A stretch of DNA of 52,044 nt, taken from positions 1 through 52,044 of the forward strand of contig MEDY01000307.1 of assembly GCA_001724265.1 (NCBI GenBank), written 5' to 3'. The translations under genes were made by a program, and so were the position numbers. Below, in pieces: positions 32,465 to 43,300 of the stretch (the stretch's first letter is position 1; every line of letters starts with the position of its first letter). The notes below the pieces were generated by a model. That model saw only the letters and a list, made by a program, of their open reading frames with translations. It searched no databases and was not told the origin of the DNA. The stretch is from Rhizaria sp. SCN 62-66 (Eukaryota).

Positions 32465-34002
32465 TTAGTAGAGGAGACGCGTCTTGATCGAGGCCTTGAG
32501 CTGGGCGATCTGCGTCTTGACCTCGTCGCTCATGGCCGAGTCGAGCTCGACGATGAGGTAGCCGACCTTGCCCTGCGTCACGAGCACCTGGCCGCCGACG
32601 TTGTAGCCAGAGAGGATGTTGTTGATGTCGCGCAACACGCCCGGCACGTTCTGGTGGAAGTTCAGGATGCGGTGCGCGCCCTTGGTGCTGGGCAGGTGCA
32701 CCTCGGGCAGGTTCACGCAGCCCACCGTCGCGCCAGTGTTGATGAAATTGATGATCTTGCCGGAGACCTCGATTCCGATGTTTGCTTGCGCCTAAATGAA
32801 TACAAAGTTCAAAGTTTAGTTGCAATATGAGCATAGAGACGTTCACGTTAATGGTTGTTCAAGAAAATTTGTGTTCGATAAAAACGTACCTCCTCGGTGG
32901 AGCCGCCGATGTGGGGCGTAAGAATGCAGTTGTCGAGGCCCCGGAGCGGGCAGTAAAGCTCCTCCTTGGCGCTAGCGGGCTCGGCGGGGTAGACGTCGAC
33001 GGCACAGCCGGCGAGCTGCTTGCTCTTGACGGCCTCGGCAAGCGCGTCGAGGTCCACGACTTCGCCGCGCGCGGCGTTGATGAAGTAGGCGCCCTTCTTC
33101 ATCTTGGCGAACTGCTCCGTCGAGATCATGTTGCTAGTCTCGGCCGTCAGGGGCACGTGCATGGTGATGATGTCGCTCTGCTCGAGCAGCGCGTCGAGCG
33201 ACGAGACATACTGCGCGTTGCCGAGCGAGAGCTTGGGCAGATGGTCGTAGAACTTGACGACCATGCCCATGGACTCAGCGAGCACCGAGACCTGGGAACC
33301 GACATGGCCGTAGCCCACGATGCCGAGGGTCTTGCCGCGGGCCTCCCAGCAGTTGGTGGAAACCTTGTTCCACTTGCCGAGGTGGCACTCGCGGTTGCGG
33401 TCGCCGATCTGGCGCAGCAGCATAATGATCTCGGCAATTACCATCTCGGCCACGGAGCGGGTGTTGGCGAAGGGCGCGTTGAACACGGGCTTGCCGCACT
33501 CGGCCGCGGCCGGCAGGTCCGTCTGGTCAGTGCCGATGCAGAAGCAGCCCACGGCGAGCAGGCGCTTGGCCGCCTGGAGGACCTTGGCCGTGACCTGCGT
33601 CTTGCTGCGGACGCCGAGGATGTGGCAGTCGGTGACGGCCTCGAGCAGCTCGTCCTCGCTCATGGCCGTGTTGCGCTGGTCCACCAGGTAGCCCTCGTCG
33701 CGGAAAATCTTCGCCGCGGCGTCGGAAATCTTCTCCAGGAGAAGGACCTGGAGTGATTTCGTGGATATGTAGATGTGGGAAGAGTGATCAGTGAATATTA
33801 TGAGGTGTTACGTTCATATTAGAAAGAAGTAACGCAGGGGGCGTTTAAGCGCGCACTGCTTTGCGAAAAATGCATCGTGGCACTACAACGGGGTATACAC
33901 GTGTTCTGGAAGTGGCGTTAAGTGATGAAAACAAGTCTATTCAATGTAAATTCATACCTTAATCTCAGTCTTGGGGAAGGCAAGCACTTGCTTATCAGCC
34001 AT
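32465..34002 (-). CDS. serA: D-3-phosphoglycerate dehydrogenase with C-terminal ACT domain, 409 aa, 3 exons
   Basis: Exons 34002-33958, 33747-32890 and 32791-32465; introns of 210 and 98 nt. Motifs GVRSKTQVT, GCFCIGTDQ, FNAPFANTRSVAE, GIVGYGHVG, INAARG, LTPHIGGSTEEAQ; ACT domain FHQNVPGVL..IN.....NV. Confidence 0.97.
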
Positions 34003-34015
34003 GACGTGGGAAGCT

Positions 34016-34397
34016 GTGAAAGGCAAAGCATGACGAAGGACGAATTCAAAAGGTGGAAGGTGAGTTGCACAGAACGCCGAAATAAACAGCAATACAAGCT
34101 AGGATTAGTACAGAGACCAAGTGAGCAAGATATGAAAGCACAACTCATATGCTAATATCAAGTGGTTTAAGTGCTAATCAAAGGAGCCACGGAGAAATGC
34201 GTGCAATTTGGTAGTCTGGATGGTGGCGAGTGTCAACACGTGCAAACATGCAAGGCAATGGCGCCAATCGAAACAGACATAATATGCCGCCAATCAACCG
34301 TTATGGCGTGCATGATTTTGTAGATAGAAATCTCCATGTACATAGCTTACACATATAAAATCGTGTGCTCTTGACTTTAATGTAATCGCGTAGTTAC
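34016..34397. promoter_or_regulatory. Putative bidirectional promoter between serA and the LYR-motif gene
   Basis: About 380-nt non-coding spacer between divergent ATGs at 34002 (-) and 34403 (+). Confidence 0.45.
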
Positions 34398-34402
34398 AGC
34401 AA

Positions 34403-35142
34403 ATGGCTTACCGCCTTCGGACCACGAAGGCTGCGGCTGAGGCTATGCCCAGTCTTAAGTCCTTCATGCTTCGCGCCGAAGTCACAAAGCTCTACCGCGC
34501 CGTTTTGCGCATGTCCCGCCACCTTGAAGGTACGTTTCTACTCTCAAAACATCTTATTAGTTTCTCTTTGAGCCTTATTGTTCCGCCCTCGCGCTTCGTT
34601 TTCGCATCAAACCACAAACCACTTTCTCTCTCACCGGCCCACAGTCCCTCCAACAGCTCGCACCCCCACCTCACCTCTCACTGCTCTGCCTGTTGTCGCT
34701 TCACCCATCATTGAACCACTCTTTAACACTCCGACAGGCTCCACGCAACGGCTGGAGGTGCGCGACTTCGCGCGCCAGAGCTTCGAGGCGCACCGCAAGG
34801 TCGCCGACGAGGGCCACATCCGGCACCTGCTCACCGACGGCAAGCGCCAGCTCGACCGTACGTCGCTCTCCGCTCTATAACAAACCCCTGTGTGATGTGC
34901 TCTATATGTCATCTGCCCATGCTTCTGTTGCTGTACCTGTTGACGCTTCAGGTTGCATTTGCCGCTGAATCGTAATGTGTTGCGTTGCACTCTTCTGTTG
35001 TCATGGTCATGTCTCGCTGTGACTGCAGTCACTATCTCTCACTCACACTTTCATCACTGATATGTTGTTTTTTTTTCTTTCTCTGTTGCTTTTGTTTTGT
35101 CTTTATGCAGAATTCGAGACATCGATTGCGATGTCACGCTGA
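34403..35142 (+). CDS. LYRM2: LYR-motif protein, LYRM2-like, 92 aa, 3 exons
   Basis: Exons 34403-34529, 34738-34857 and 35111-35142 (both donors gtacgt) splice to MAYRLRTTKAAAEAMPSLKSFMLRAEVTKLYRAVLRMSRHLEGSTQRLEVRDFARQSFEAHRKVADEGHIRHLLTDGKRQLDQFETSIAMSR. LYR motif and downstream Phe present; the SLKxF...V..LYR pattern resembles LYRM2. Confidence 0.85.
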
Positions 35143-35498
35143 TTTCGCAGCTCAACAATTATGCGACTGTCACCGTTGCATCATTGGCGTAACGGTGACA
35201 ACCTAACTTAATTTGCATGGGAGGCGGATATATCTCTGCACAACCAAGGGTCATGTTGAATGTGATATGAGTTAAACTTTACTTGATGATGTTCAAAGAG
35301 TCTGTTATGTCAAGTTGTGAGCGTGGTGCTTCGCTTCGCAACCAGGCCTAGCGTGATCGGCTACACAGGATGATTCTCCTCATAAAGTACACGTAATGAA
35401 CTACAGTATGGTTATATCACGATGTATTATTAAGATTAAACGGCTATATATCAAATTGTTCGGTTTTAGGCCGACATGAGTGAACGAGGCTCAAGTGA

Positions 35499-36293
35499 TC
35501 ACGCATCATCATTACCTTTCGCAGCAGAGCCAGCGGAATCAGCAGAATCGGTCTCGGTCGCAGCAGCCGCAGCGGCCATGCGCGCGACCATGCCCTTGCT
35601 GAACTTGGCCTCCTGGCTCGCAATCCGCTTGCGCACCGCGGCGGCCAGCGCCGCTACACCGCTCGGCACCGCGCCCACAGCTGTCGCCGCAGTCGCTGTC
35701 GCACCCGCCCCGGCAGTCACAACTGCAGCAGCCGTGTCTGCAGATGTGGTCTCCGCACTGTCGCTGCTGCTCTTGGTGACGGCCGCAGACTCAGCAGCCG
35801 GCGCCGTGCCCGCAGCGGGCGCACCGTTCTCGGTGTAGATGCGCTCTAGCGTGTTGATATCCTCCTCCGCGCCCGCCAAATCATCCATCATGAACAGGGC
35901 TTTGGCGCGGCGGTACAGAGCCTTGGCGTTGCCGGGCTGGAGCGCAATAGCCTTAGAAGCCGCCGCGGCCGCCGCGGGCCACTCTTGCAGCTGGCAAAGG
36001 CACGCGGCCGAGTTGGCGTGTGCCGCGATACGCAGCCGCAGCACTTCCGCGGCGATGGGCGGCGGAAGTGAGGACCGCGGCGGCTGCGGCAGCGGGGCCG
36101 CCGAGCCCGACATCGCGGCCATCGCGGCGCCGATGTCGGGGTCGATGCCTGTAACGTACGGCAACATGCGCGTATAGCGGCCGTGCGCCTTGCGGTAGTC
36201 TTTCGCGGCGAAGAAGGCATTGCCGGCTTGCTGCAGCTCGGCCGCGGTCGCCAGCGACGCGTTGACCTGAGCTGGAGTCAGCGGCAGCGGCAT
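35499..36293 (-). CDS. TPR protein, TTC9/immunophilin-type 3-TPR domain, 264 aa
   Basis: AELQQAGNAFFAAKDYRKAHGRY; AHANSAAC...EWPAA...SKAIALQPGNAKALYRRAKA. ATG at 36293 lies 7 nt after an acceptor-like CAG. TGA stop. Confidence 0.85.
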   Translation of the reverse strand: MPLPLTPAQVNASLATAAELQQAGNAFFAAKDYRKAHGRYTRMLPYVTGIDPDIGAAMAAMSGSAAPLPQPPRSSLPPPIAAEVLRLRIAAHANSAACLCQLQEWPAAAAAASKAIALQPGNAKALYRRAKALFMMDDLAGAEEDINTLERIYTENGAPAAGTAPAAESAAVTKSSSDSAETTSADTAAAVVTAGAGATATAATAVGAVPSGVAALAAAVRKRIASQEAKFSKGMVARMAAAAAATETDSADSAGSAAKGNDDA

Positions 36294-36302
36294 CGAAAAT
36301 CT

Positions 36303-36654
36303 GCGCAGCGAAAACAAATGTGAGTGTGACAAGGAATAACATTAGCTACTAAAACACTGTTAATTCAGGAAGGCGACCGCTTAATAACTTGACGGGTTAT
36401 ATAGAGCGTGCTGTGACCGATAATAGATGGGAGAAGCACAGGCTAGTCAAGAGTACCAACGTCCCTCTCGAAGGAACACTTCAAAGAATAAGGGCTAATT
36501 CGAGAAATATTCCGTCCATGCATATATGCGATACCATTCTAATAATAAACTGGGCGCATATAACTAAGTGCAAAATTGGACTTTATGAAAACCCATCCTT
36601 CCTCAAAACACTTTGTTTTTGTTCTTCCCTTTCCGACGACTAGTCCGTTTCCCC
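36303..36654. promoter_or_regulatory. Putative bidirectional promoter
   Basis: AT-rich ~350-nt spacer between divergent ATGs at 36293 (-) and 36662 (+), bounded by pyrimidine tract-CAG elements on each strand. Confidence 0.45.
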
Positions 36655-36661
36655 AGCGACC

Positions 36662-37309
36662 ATGTCGTTGGAGGACTTGGAGCGCAAGTGGCGTCCCAAG
36701 GCGTTTCACGAGTACACGCTCGATGAACCCGCTGGGTTAACAAGCCCATCCAGTTCTGGCACACCTGCGACAACCTCAGGTGGTGTGCCAATAGGCCCGG
36801 CCCCTGCCCCAGCCTCATCAACCACAGCAGCCGCAACGGTTACTGTGTCATCGTCGTCCGCGTCCGCCGCGCTACTCCCCAGTGTCACCACGGGCCGGCG
36901 CCGCAGCATGGCTTCTATCCACGACAACATCTATCTCCGCGACGAGACCCTGGCCAAAATCGACGCTATCTGCTCCGAGAACGCGGCTCACGTGCGCCGG
37001 CAGACGGCTGCGTCACTGCTGGCGCTCGCGCACGCTACGCGCCAGACGGACGCGACGCCGCTGCCCACGGTCTCGCTGCACGGCGCACGGGTTGACGCCG
37101 CGCTGGAGACGGCGCGCGCGACGCGGACGGCTTCGCCCAGCGGCGCCTCGCGCGCGTACGACCACGTCGCATCTGTCGTCGCTGCAATCGCTGATAGCAG
37201 CAGGAACAAGCGCAGCTCGAACTACGGCACGACGGCTACAAGCTACGATATCAGCGCCCGCCCGCTTGCTCCGACGACGACTGCGTCACTTCCCAGTGCC
37301 AAAGCAGCA

Positions 37310-37364
<55 letters not shown>

Positions 37365-40300
37365 CGATGGCATCGAACGAGAAGCAGTGGGCTGCCCCAC
37401 CAGCGCGCCCTCATGCTCTGTTCGTCGCGTCGAAGCGCACTCAAGCACAACAGCAGGGACAACAACAGCAGCAACAGCAAGCACAGCAGCCGCATCTGGT
37501 ATTTGCCAGCAGCCGGCCGCTGCCCACAACAACAGCAGCAGCAGCTGGCCCGCCGTTCGTGTACACGCCCGTGACTTCGTTTGATTTGATGTCCACTGCG
37601 CCAACGTCGTTGGCGCCGCACAACGGCCATACGTATTTCACCGCAGCCGAGGGCGTCGACGCCCCTGCTCATGGAACCTATCCTTACAACGATATCAATA
37701 GCGCCGCTAACGCGACCGGTAACGCCTTGGCCCACCGCCCCTCCGCCGCTGCCACCGCGAGCCCTGAGGCCGGCGACGCGGGCCTCGACGCCGCGGGCCT
37801 TGACGCGGCGGCGGTGAGCGCGATGACGCCCGCGTCGGTGCTTGCCTCGCTGGACGCGGCCATCACAGGGGCCCGCGCACGGCGCATGGGCGACTTGTCG
37901 ACCGTGCCGGCCTACGAGCGCGGGATCGGCTACGTGCCGCTGCCGCACGCGGCCAGGGGGCGCGTCACGGCCGTCTCGGCCACGGGCGAGCGCGTGCTGC
38001 ACTCGGAGGTCGACGCACACGCGGACGGCAACACGTCAAACAGCACGAACAGCGCTGGAGTGACTGGCGCTGGCGATGCTGGTGCGGCTGCGACGGTGGC
38101 TGCGACGGCGACATCGACTGCGGCCGCTGGGATGTTGGGCCCGAAGCTGCCGGTGCGCGGTGTGCGCGGCCACGGCACGATTCCGCCACAGGCGCTACTT
38201 ACACTCTCTAAGGGTATTAATAATGACGCGCATGATGCTGACGGCAATGCGCTGCAACATGGTCCCAGGGCGGGGGATTTGAGGGGCCATCCGGGCGTGA
38301 GTCTGCGGCCGCGCGCGCTAGGACTACAGTCGGGGTACGTCGACGTCATTCATGCGTCAAAGCAACAGCAGAAACAGCAGCAAAGCGCTGGCCCGGCCGC
38401 TAAGCGCGGCAAGCGTCACCCGCATAAAAGTGGCGACAAACGCCGTGTCGACGACGGCGACGGCGACGGCGATAGTAACAGTGGCGACGATGACGGCGGT
38501 AGCAACAGCGGCAACTCAGGTGACGGCAGCCATGACGACGACTTCTGTGAGGACGATGCTGACGAAGATAGCGACGGCACTAAACAGCTGCTTGTGTCTG
38601 CTACTGCTCATATGAAGCCGCAGCCGCCCGCCATCATTGTCCGTTTAGACTCAGCAGCACCGCCGAGTCACGGCATCTCTATGCGGAGCCTGTTGCCCAC
38701 CCGCGCTTCGACTCAAGCGTCTCGCATGCACACTGTGCATGTTGCTAACAACAACAGCGACATCAATCGCACCCGACCCATGACACAGCGCGGCACGAAG
38801 CAGAGCGCTGATGTGACCGCTGACGTCGCGGTCGCCGCGCCCCTATACCGCGAGTTTGTCGGTGGCGCTCTTGGCAACGCGACCCTCCTGCCGCAGCCCC
38901 GCACCCGCACCTGCCCTGCCGCCAACTCCGCTGCGGCTGTTGCGACGGGGGCGGGCTCTGCTGCCGCGTCTGCAGTAGCTGCAGCCGCGCCTGCTCCTGC
39001 TGCGTGGCGGCGGCAGCGGCGCGACGAGCGCAAACCCGGGTTGTTGCCGTCTGACTCGGCCGCGCTGGCGACGATGGCGCGCTACGCGACCACTGCGAAT
39101 AACAGCAGTCACAACAAAGCAAGTGCATTGCGTCGCCCTGCTTCGCACAACTCAAACGCGCAATCTGGCAGCAATATCTCTCAAGTGACCGCGACTGTGG
39201 CAGCTGGCGCAAGCAACGGCAACGGCAAAGTGTTGTCCGGCAGCGGCTGCGCGGAGCTCGCGGCGACGGCGGTGACGGGCCTGATCCCCGCCCCGGCCAT
39301 GCTGTCGCAGACGCCCGCTTGGTGGGCCGACGCTGGACCCGGGCCGCAGGCCATGCGCGCGCAGATGGCAGCCGCGCTGCGCAGGCGCGCACTGGGGCAG
39401 GCGCCGCGCGTGCAAATTGAAGCGTCTGTTGACACGAGTCATGCTGACAGGAGCTACCAGAACAGTGATGAAGTTGCCTGTAATGACGATATGTTTACGC
39501 TGCCGATTGCTGACGAGCACGATCTGGCGCTGCGCGTGCGTTTGATGGATGCCGCGCTGGCGCAAAGGGGCCGCGATCGCGCCCGCGCTGCAGTGCGCAA
39601 AGACGCCGTCACAGCGGCGCTGCCCGTTGTCAGCGACGACACCGCCCTCGCTGCCGCACGCGCCGCCGCCACGGTCGCCACCGCCCAGTCGCGATCACAG
39701 GGCAGCGCGTTGACTGCAGTGAATACCGCCGTGCTAAACACGGGTACGAGCGCGTTCTTGTCGCCCGCGCGCCCGCCCGTGGCCCCCGCGGCCTCGCGCG
39801 CGCCTGCCACAGTCACCGGCGGCGCCGTCACCGCGGCTGCCGTGTCGGCGCACTGCGCGAGCAGCCGCGCCGAGGCGGGCCGCGAGGTCGCCGGCAGCGA
39901 CAAGGGCACGCGCGACCCGCGCCGCGCGCTGCTGGCGCTGCCGTACCCGCTCCAGACGCAGACTGCGGCGCTGAGCGAAGCTGTCGCCGCTGAGACAGCG
40001 AAGGCAGAGGCTGTGGTGCGTATGGACGGGAAAGCGCATTCAGCTGCACTTGGTACCGCTGAAGGTGAGGAAACAGGCGCTCTGTATGACAGGCTTGCAG
40101 ACACGCACATGGATCTTCAGACCCACGTCAACGATCAGCGGCATCAACAGTTTGCCTCTATCACATACGACGGCGAGAGGAACAATAGCACGGCCAAGGC
40201 AGGGCCGTCTGAGTTCTTGCGTCAAACGCTGACCCAGGTGTTAGGCCCCTTAGAACAGGCGCTTGCACATGCGCTCGAAGATGAGCGGCGGTACCGTACT

Positions 40301-43300
40301 TCTGTGCGTGTGAACGACAATCCAGAGACGCCCAATAAGTCAGGCCTGCGCCAAATCAGCACAGATGGTGACAGAGAGAACGAAGACGACGAGGACAATG
40401 AATATGCGGCTCGCAACGCGCTGACCCACGTCAAGAGCGACAAGACGCAGCCACATCAGCAGCTACCCACAACTGACTCGGAAGCGAAGGACTCGGCCGA
40501 GACTGTGACTGGCTGGGAGGGTTGGTTTGCGCTGCCCGCCTCGGCCGTGCCGCCCCCACGCGCCGCGCTGCTGCTTCTCACCCTGGGCCTTGCCCGGCGC
40601 GCGCTGGAGCAAGACATCACCCAGCACCACGCCGTCGCCATGGCCTCCGACGCCGCCTACGACGTGGAAGCTGCATGTACTACTGCCGACAACGCAGACG
40701 GCGCAAAGCTGACGAAGCGTCCGCGTGCGCCGCCGCCGCTGCTGGCATGGACCGGCGTCGAAGACGGCGTTCAGTGGGACTACGGCAACGACGACGACGA
40801 CAACGCCAGCGCTAACAGCAAGAAGGACACTTCTGATACTGCAATGACGGCGATTGAAAGTAACACCTCGAGTTCATCTGCCGTGAATACCGGTGTGTCT
40901 AACAGCATGACTCCGCCTGTGAAGAGCAGTGGCTTGCCGCCAGTGCGCGCACTTTGGGAGACTGCGTCTTGGGACCCGACCATGTTCGACGGCGAAACAT
41001 GCGCCAGTGACGCTGACAACACCGCAGTGCCGCAGTCAGTCGCGCGCGCCCTCGCTGCTGGCGCTGTGCCGACGCGTGATGTGCGTTTCCTGCTGCTGGG
41101 CCTGCTTGTGGGCGACGCGGCGAGGCTACGGCGCGTGCGCAAGCGTGGTGGTCGCAAGGGCAAGGTTGACTTGCAGGTGCGCAATGAGAGTAAAGAAGCA
41201 ATCGGTTCTGATGCTGCGAGTGCTGACTTCGAGAGCGGTCTGAAGCTTGTCAACCACATCAACAGCGGGCAAGCTGCCGCAGCCAACAACAACGGTAGCA
41301 ACAGCAATGGCATCGTGCTCACAATCACCGCGCCGACGCCGAGCACGCCGAACAAGGCCGTTGGCGCGACTCCACGCGGCGGCGCGCTGCCGACCATCGC
41401 AGAGCGGCCCGCTTCGGTGACTGGTCTGGGTCCCGGTGCTGGCAAGCTTGTCGCTGCAAGCAATGGCGTTGCTGCTGGTGCGGAGCTAAAGCTGCGTTCG
41501 TTAGGGGCTGTGTTGGCCGATTTTGAGGCTGCAGTTCCGCAGTCAGTGCGCGACGTTGACCGTTTTGCCACTAATAGTAGCAGAAATAAGACGCTCGACA
41601 AGTACTCATTTGGCGGCTCCAGCCCCCGCAACAACGGCAGTGACGACGACGGCGAGTCTGATTCTGAAATCTACGCCCCGCCAGACTCCGACTTTTTCGG
41701 TCTCGACATAACCGTCTCGCCAGAGCTCTTGTCTTCCAGCACCGCGACCGCACTCGTTGCGAGACTCGCCGCGCCCTCGACCGCCACGGACTCTTTCCTC
41801 TCGCGCATTGACACGCCCGCGCCCGATCTCTCTCTCGTCCTCCCTGCGTCTCGATCCACCGCGCCGATTTTGTCTCCTGTGGCGGGTGCCGCCGCGCGCG
41901 CATCACCCACTGCGGACGCGGTTGCTGCGGTGGCGCTATCGCCGCCGGAACTGGCCGAGGCGCGCGCAGTGTACTCGCTGCTACGGCACCACCACGGCGC
42001 CGCGCTCGACGTGGCACGTCTGCAGCGCGACCTGGAGGCCATGGCCGCGCGCGTGGCGCAGGCGCAGCGCGCGCCGCTCTCGGTCGCCCTCGCCGCCAAC
42101 GGCCCGCCAGGGCTGCAGCCGTGCACGCCCGCAGTCGGCGCTAAGACGCCCGCGTCGGACGCTGGGGCCGAAGTGTCGGCACGTGCAGCGTTGCCTAGCT
42201 CTTCAGCCGCTGCTGTTGGTTCGAGCAGTAGTCCGTCGACCGCGCGGGGTGGAGCGTTGCAGCGTACGAAGCGTCGCCTGATGACATTTGCTGAGTTTCT
42301 CACGGTCTTCTGGCTTCCGTCACGAAACAGCGCGACAACTGCTGCGCACTCTGCGTCCACGCTGCCGCTGCCGCTCGAGCTGCTCGGTCCCGCGTACGCG
42401 CGCGCGCAGGCGCTCGGCCTCGTGTCCGGCGCACTGGCCCGCGGCGCGCAGAGGAGAACCGCGCTGATCTCGGGCGCTGCCGCTGCCGGCGCTGCAGCGG
42501 GCTCTGCGGCTACACAGAGCTCGCACCTCACCGCAAGTCCGAGTGCTGTCGCATGCAATAGCGGCGTCGCGGGCGCAGACCCCGCGTCGTCTCCCATGGC
42601 AGCAGCGGCTGTCGCGACTGTGGGCATTGGCGCAGTGAACCTGCCTGACAGCGCGCTGCGCTGGGTGCCCCCAGTCGTGGCCACCAAAGCACGCGAATCT
42701 GCGGCTTCCGTAGCCGCCTCGCTGTTGTCGCGCACAGCGACCTTCGGCACTCAAGTCAACTCCACGTTCTTTGCTGCTGCGCCATCGGCCGCATCAGCTG
42801 ACGCGACCCATACGGGAACGACAGCTGCTGCAGGCGCTGGTGCTGGCACAGGCACGGGCACTGCGCTGACATCGGCGACGAACGCGCGCCTGGACGCCAA
42901 AGTGAGCCGCTTTGACGAGCTGGCGCAGGGCCCCGAGTGGCGCCTGCAGCCCGCCGTGGGCCGCGGCAAAGATGTTGCGTTGCTGCGCCAGCGCCAGCAC
43001 CGCGCGCGTCTTGCTGCGGAGGCTGCGCACCGCGCCGCAACCGAGGGTGGACACACACCGAGCTTCGCGACACCTGAAGACGCGATTTTGATGTATCCCG
43101 CCGGGATCCCGCCTGTGCCGCCCGGTGCCGCCGCGGCTGCTGCAGCCGCTGCCGCCGCCGCTGCGGCCGGGGAAGATTACTCCGCTTCTGCGGATGGCCA
43201 AGCGAGCCCAGTGTACTTCGATGACGACATTACGGCGCGCACCTGGGAGCGCGGCAGCGCTGCTGAGGCCGCGGCCATTGCCGCCGCAGAGGCCGCGGCG

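Noticed and set aside
32827-33756. 309-aa plus-strand ORF, and similar long antisense or alternate-frame ORFs (479..1633, 13656..14699, 21878..22846, 42794..44047)
   Set aside because: These are shadows of GC3-rich genes on the opposite strand and have no independent motifs.
34060-34065. GTGAGT (also at 36320) as plus-strand donors for 5'UTR introns
   Set aside because: They do not match the local GTACG donor consensus. They sit where the opposite-strand gene has its branch/pyrimidine region (ACTCAC) and would force overlapping divergent transcripts. Not fully excluded.
35441-35450. YGGCTATATA motif, recurring at about 51401 and 51438
   Set aside because: Only three copies in inconsistent positions (one between convergent 3' ends), so no function can be assigned.
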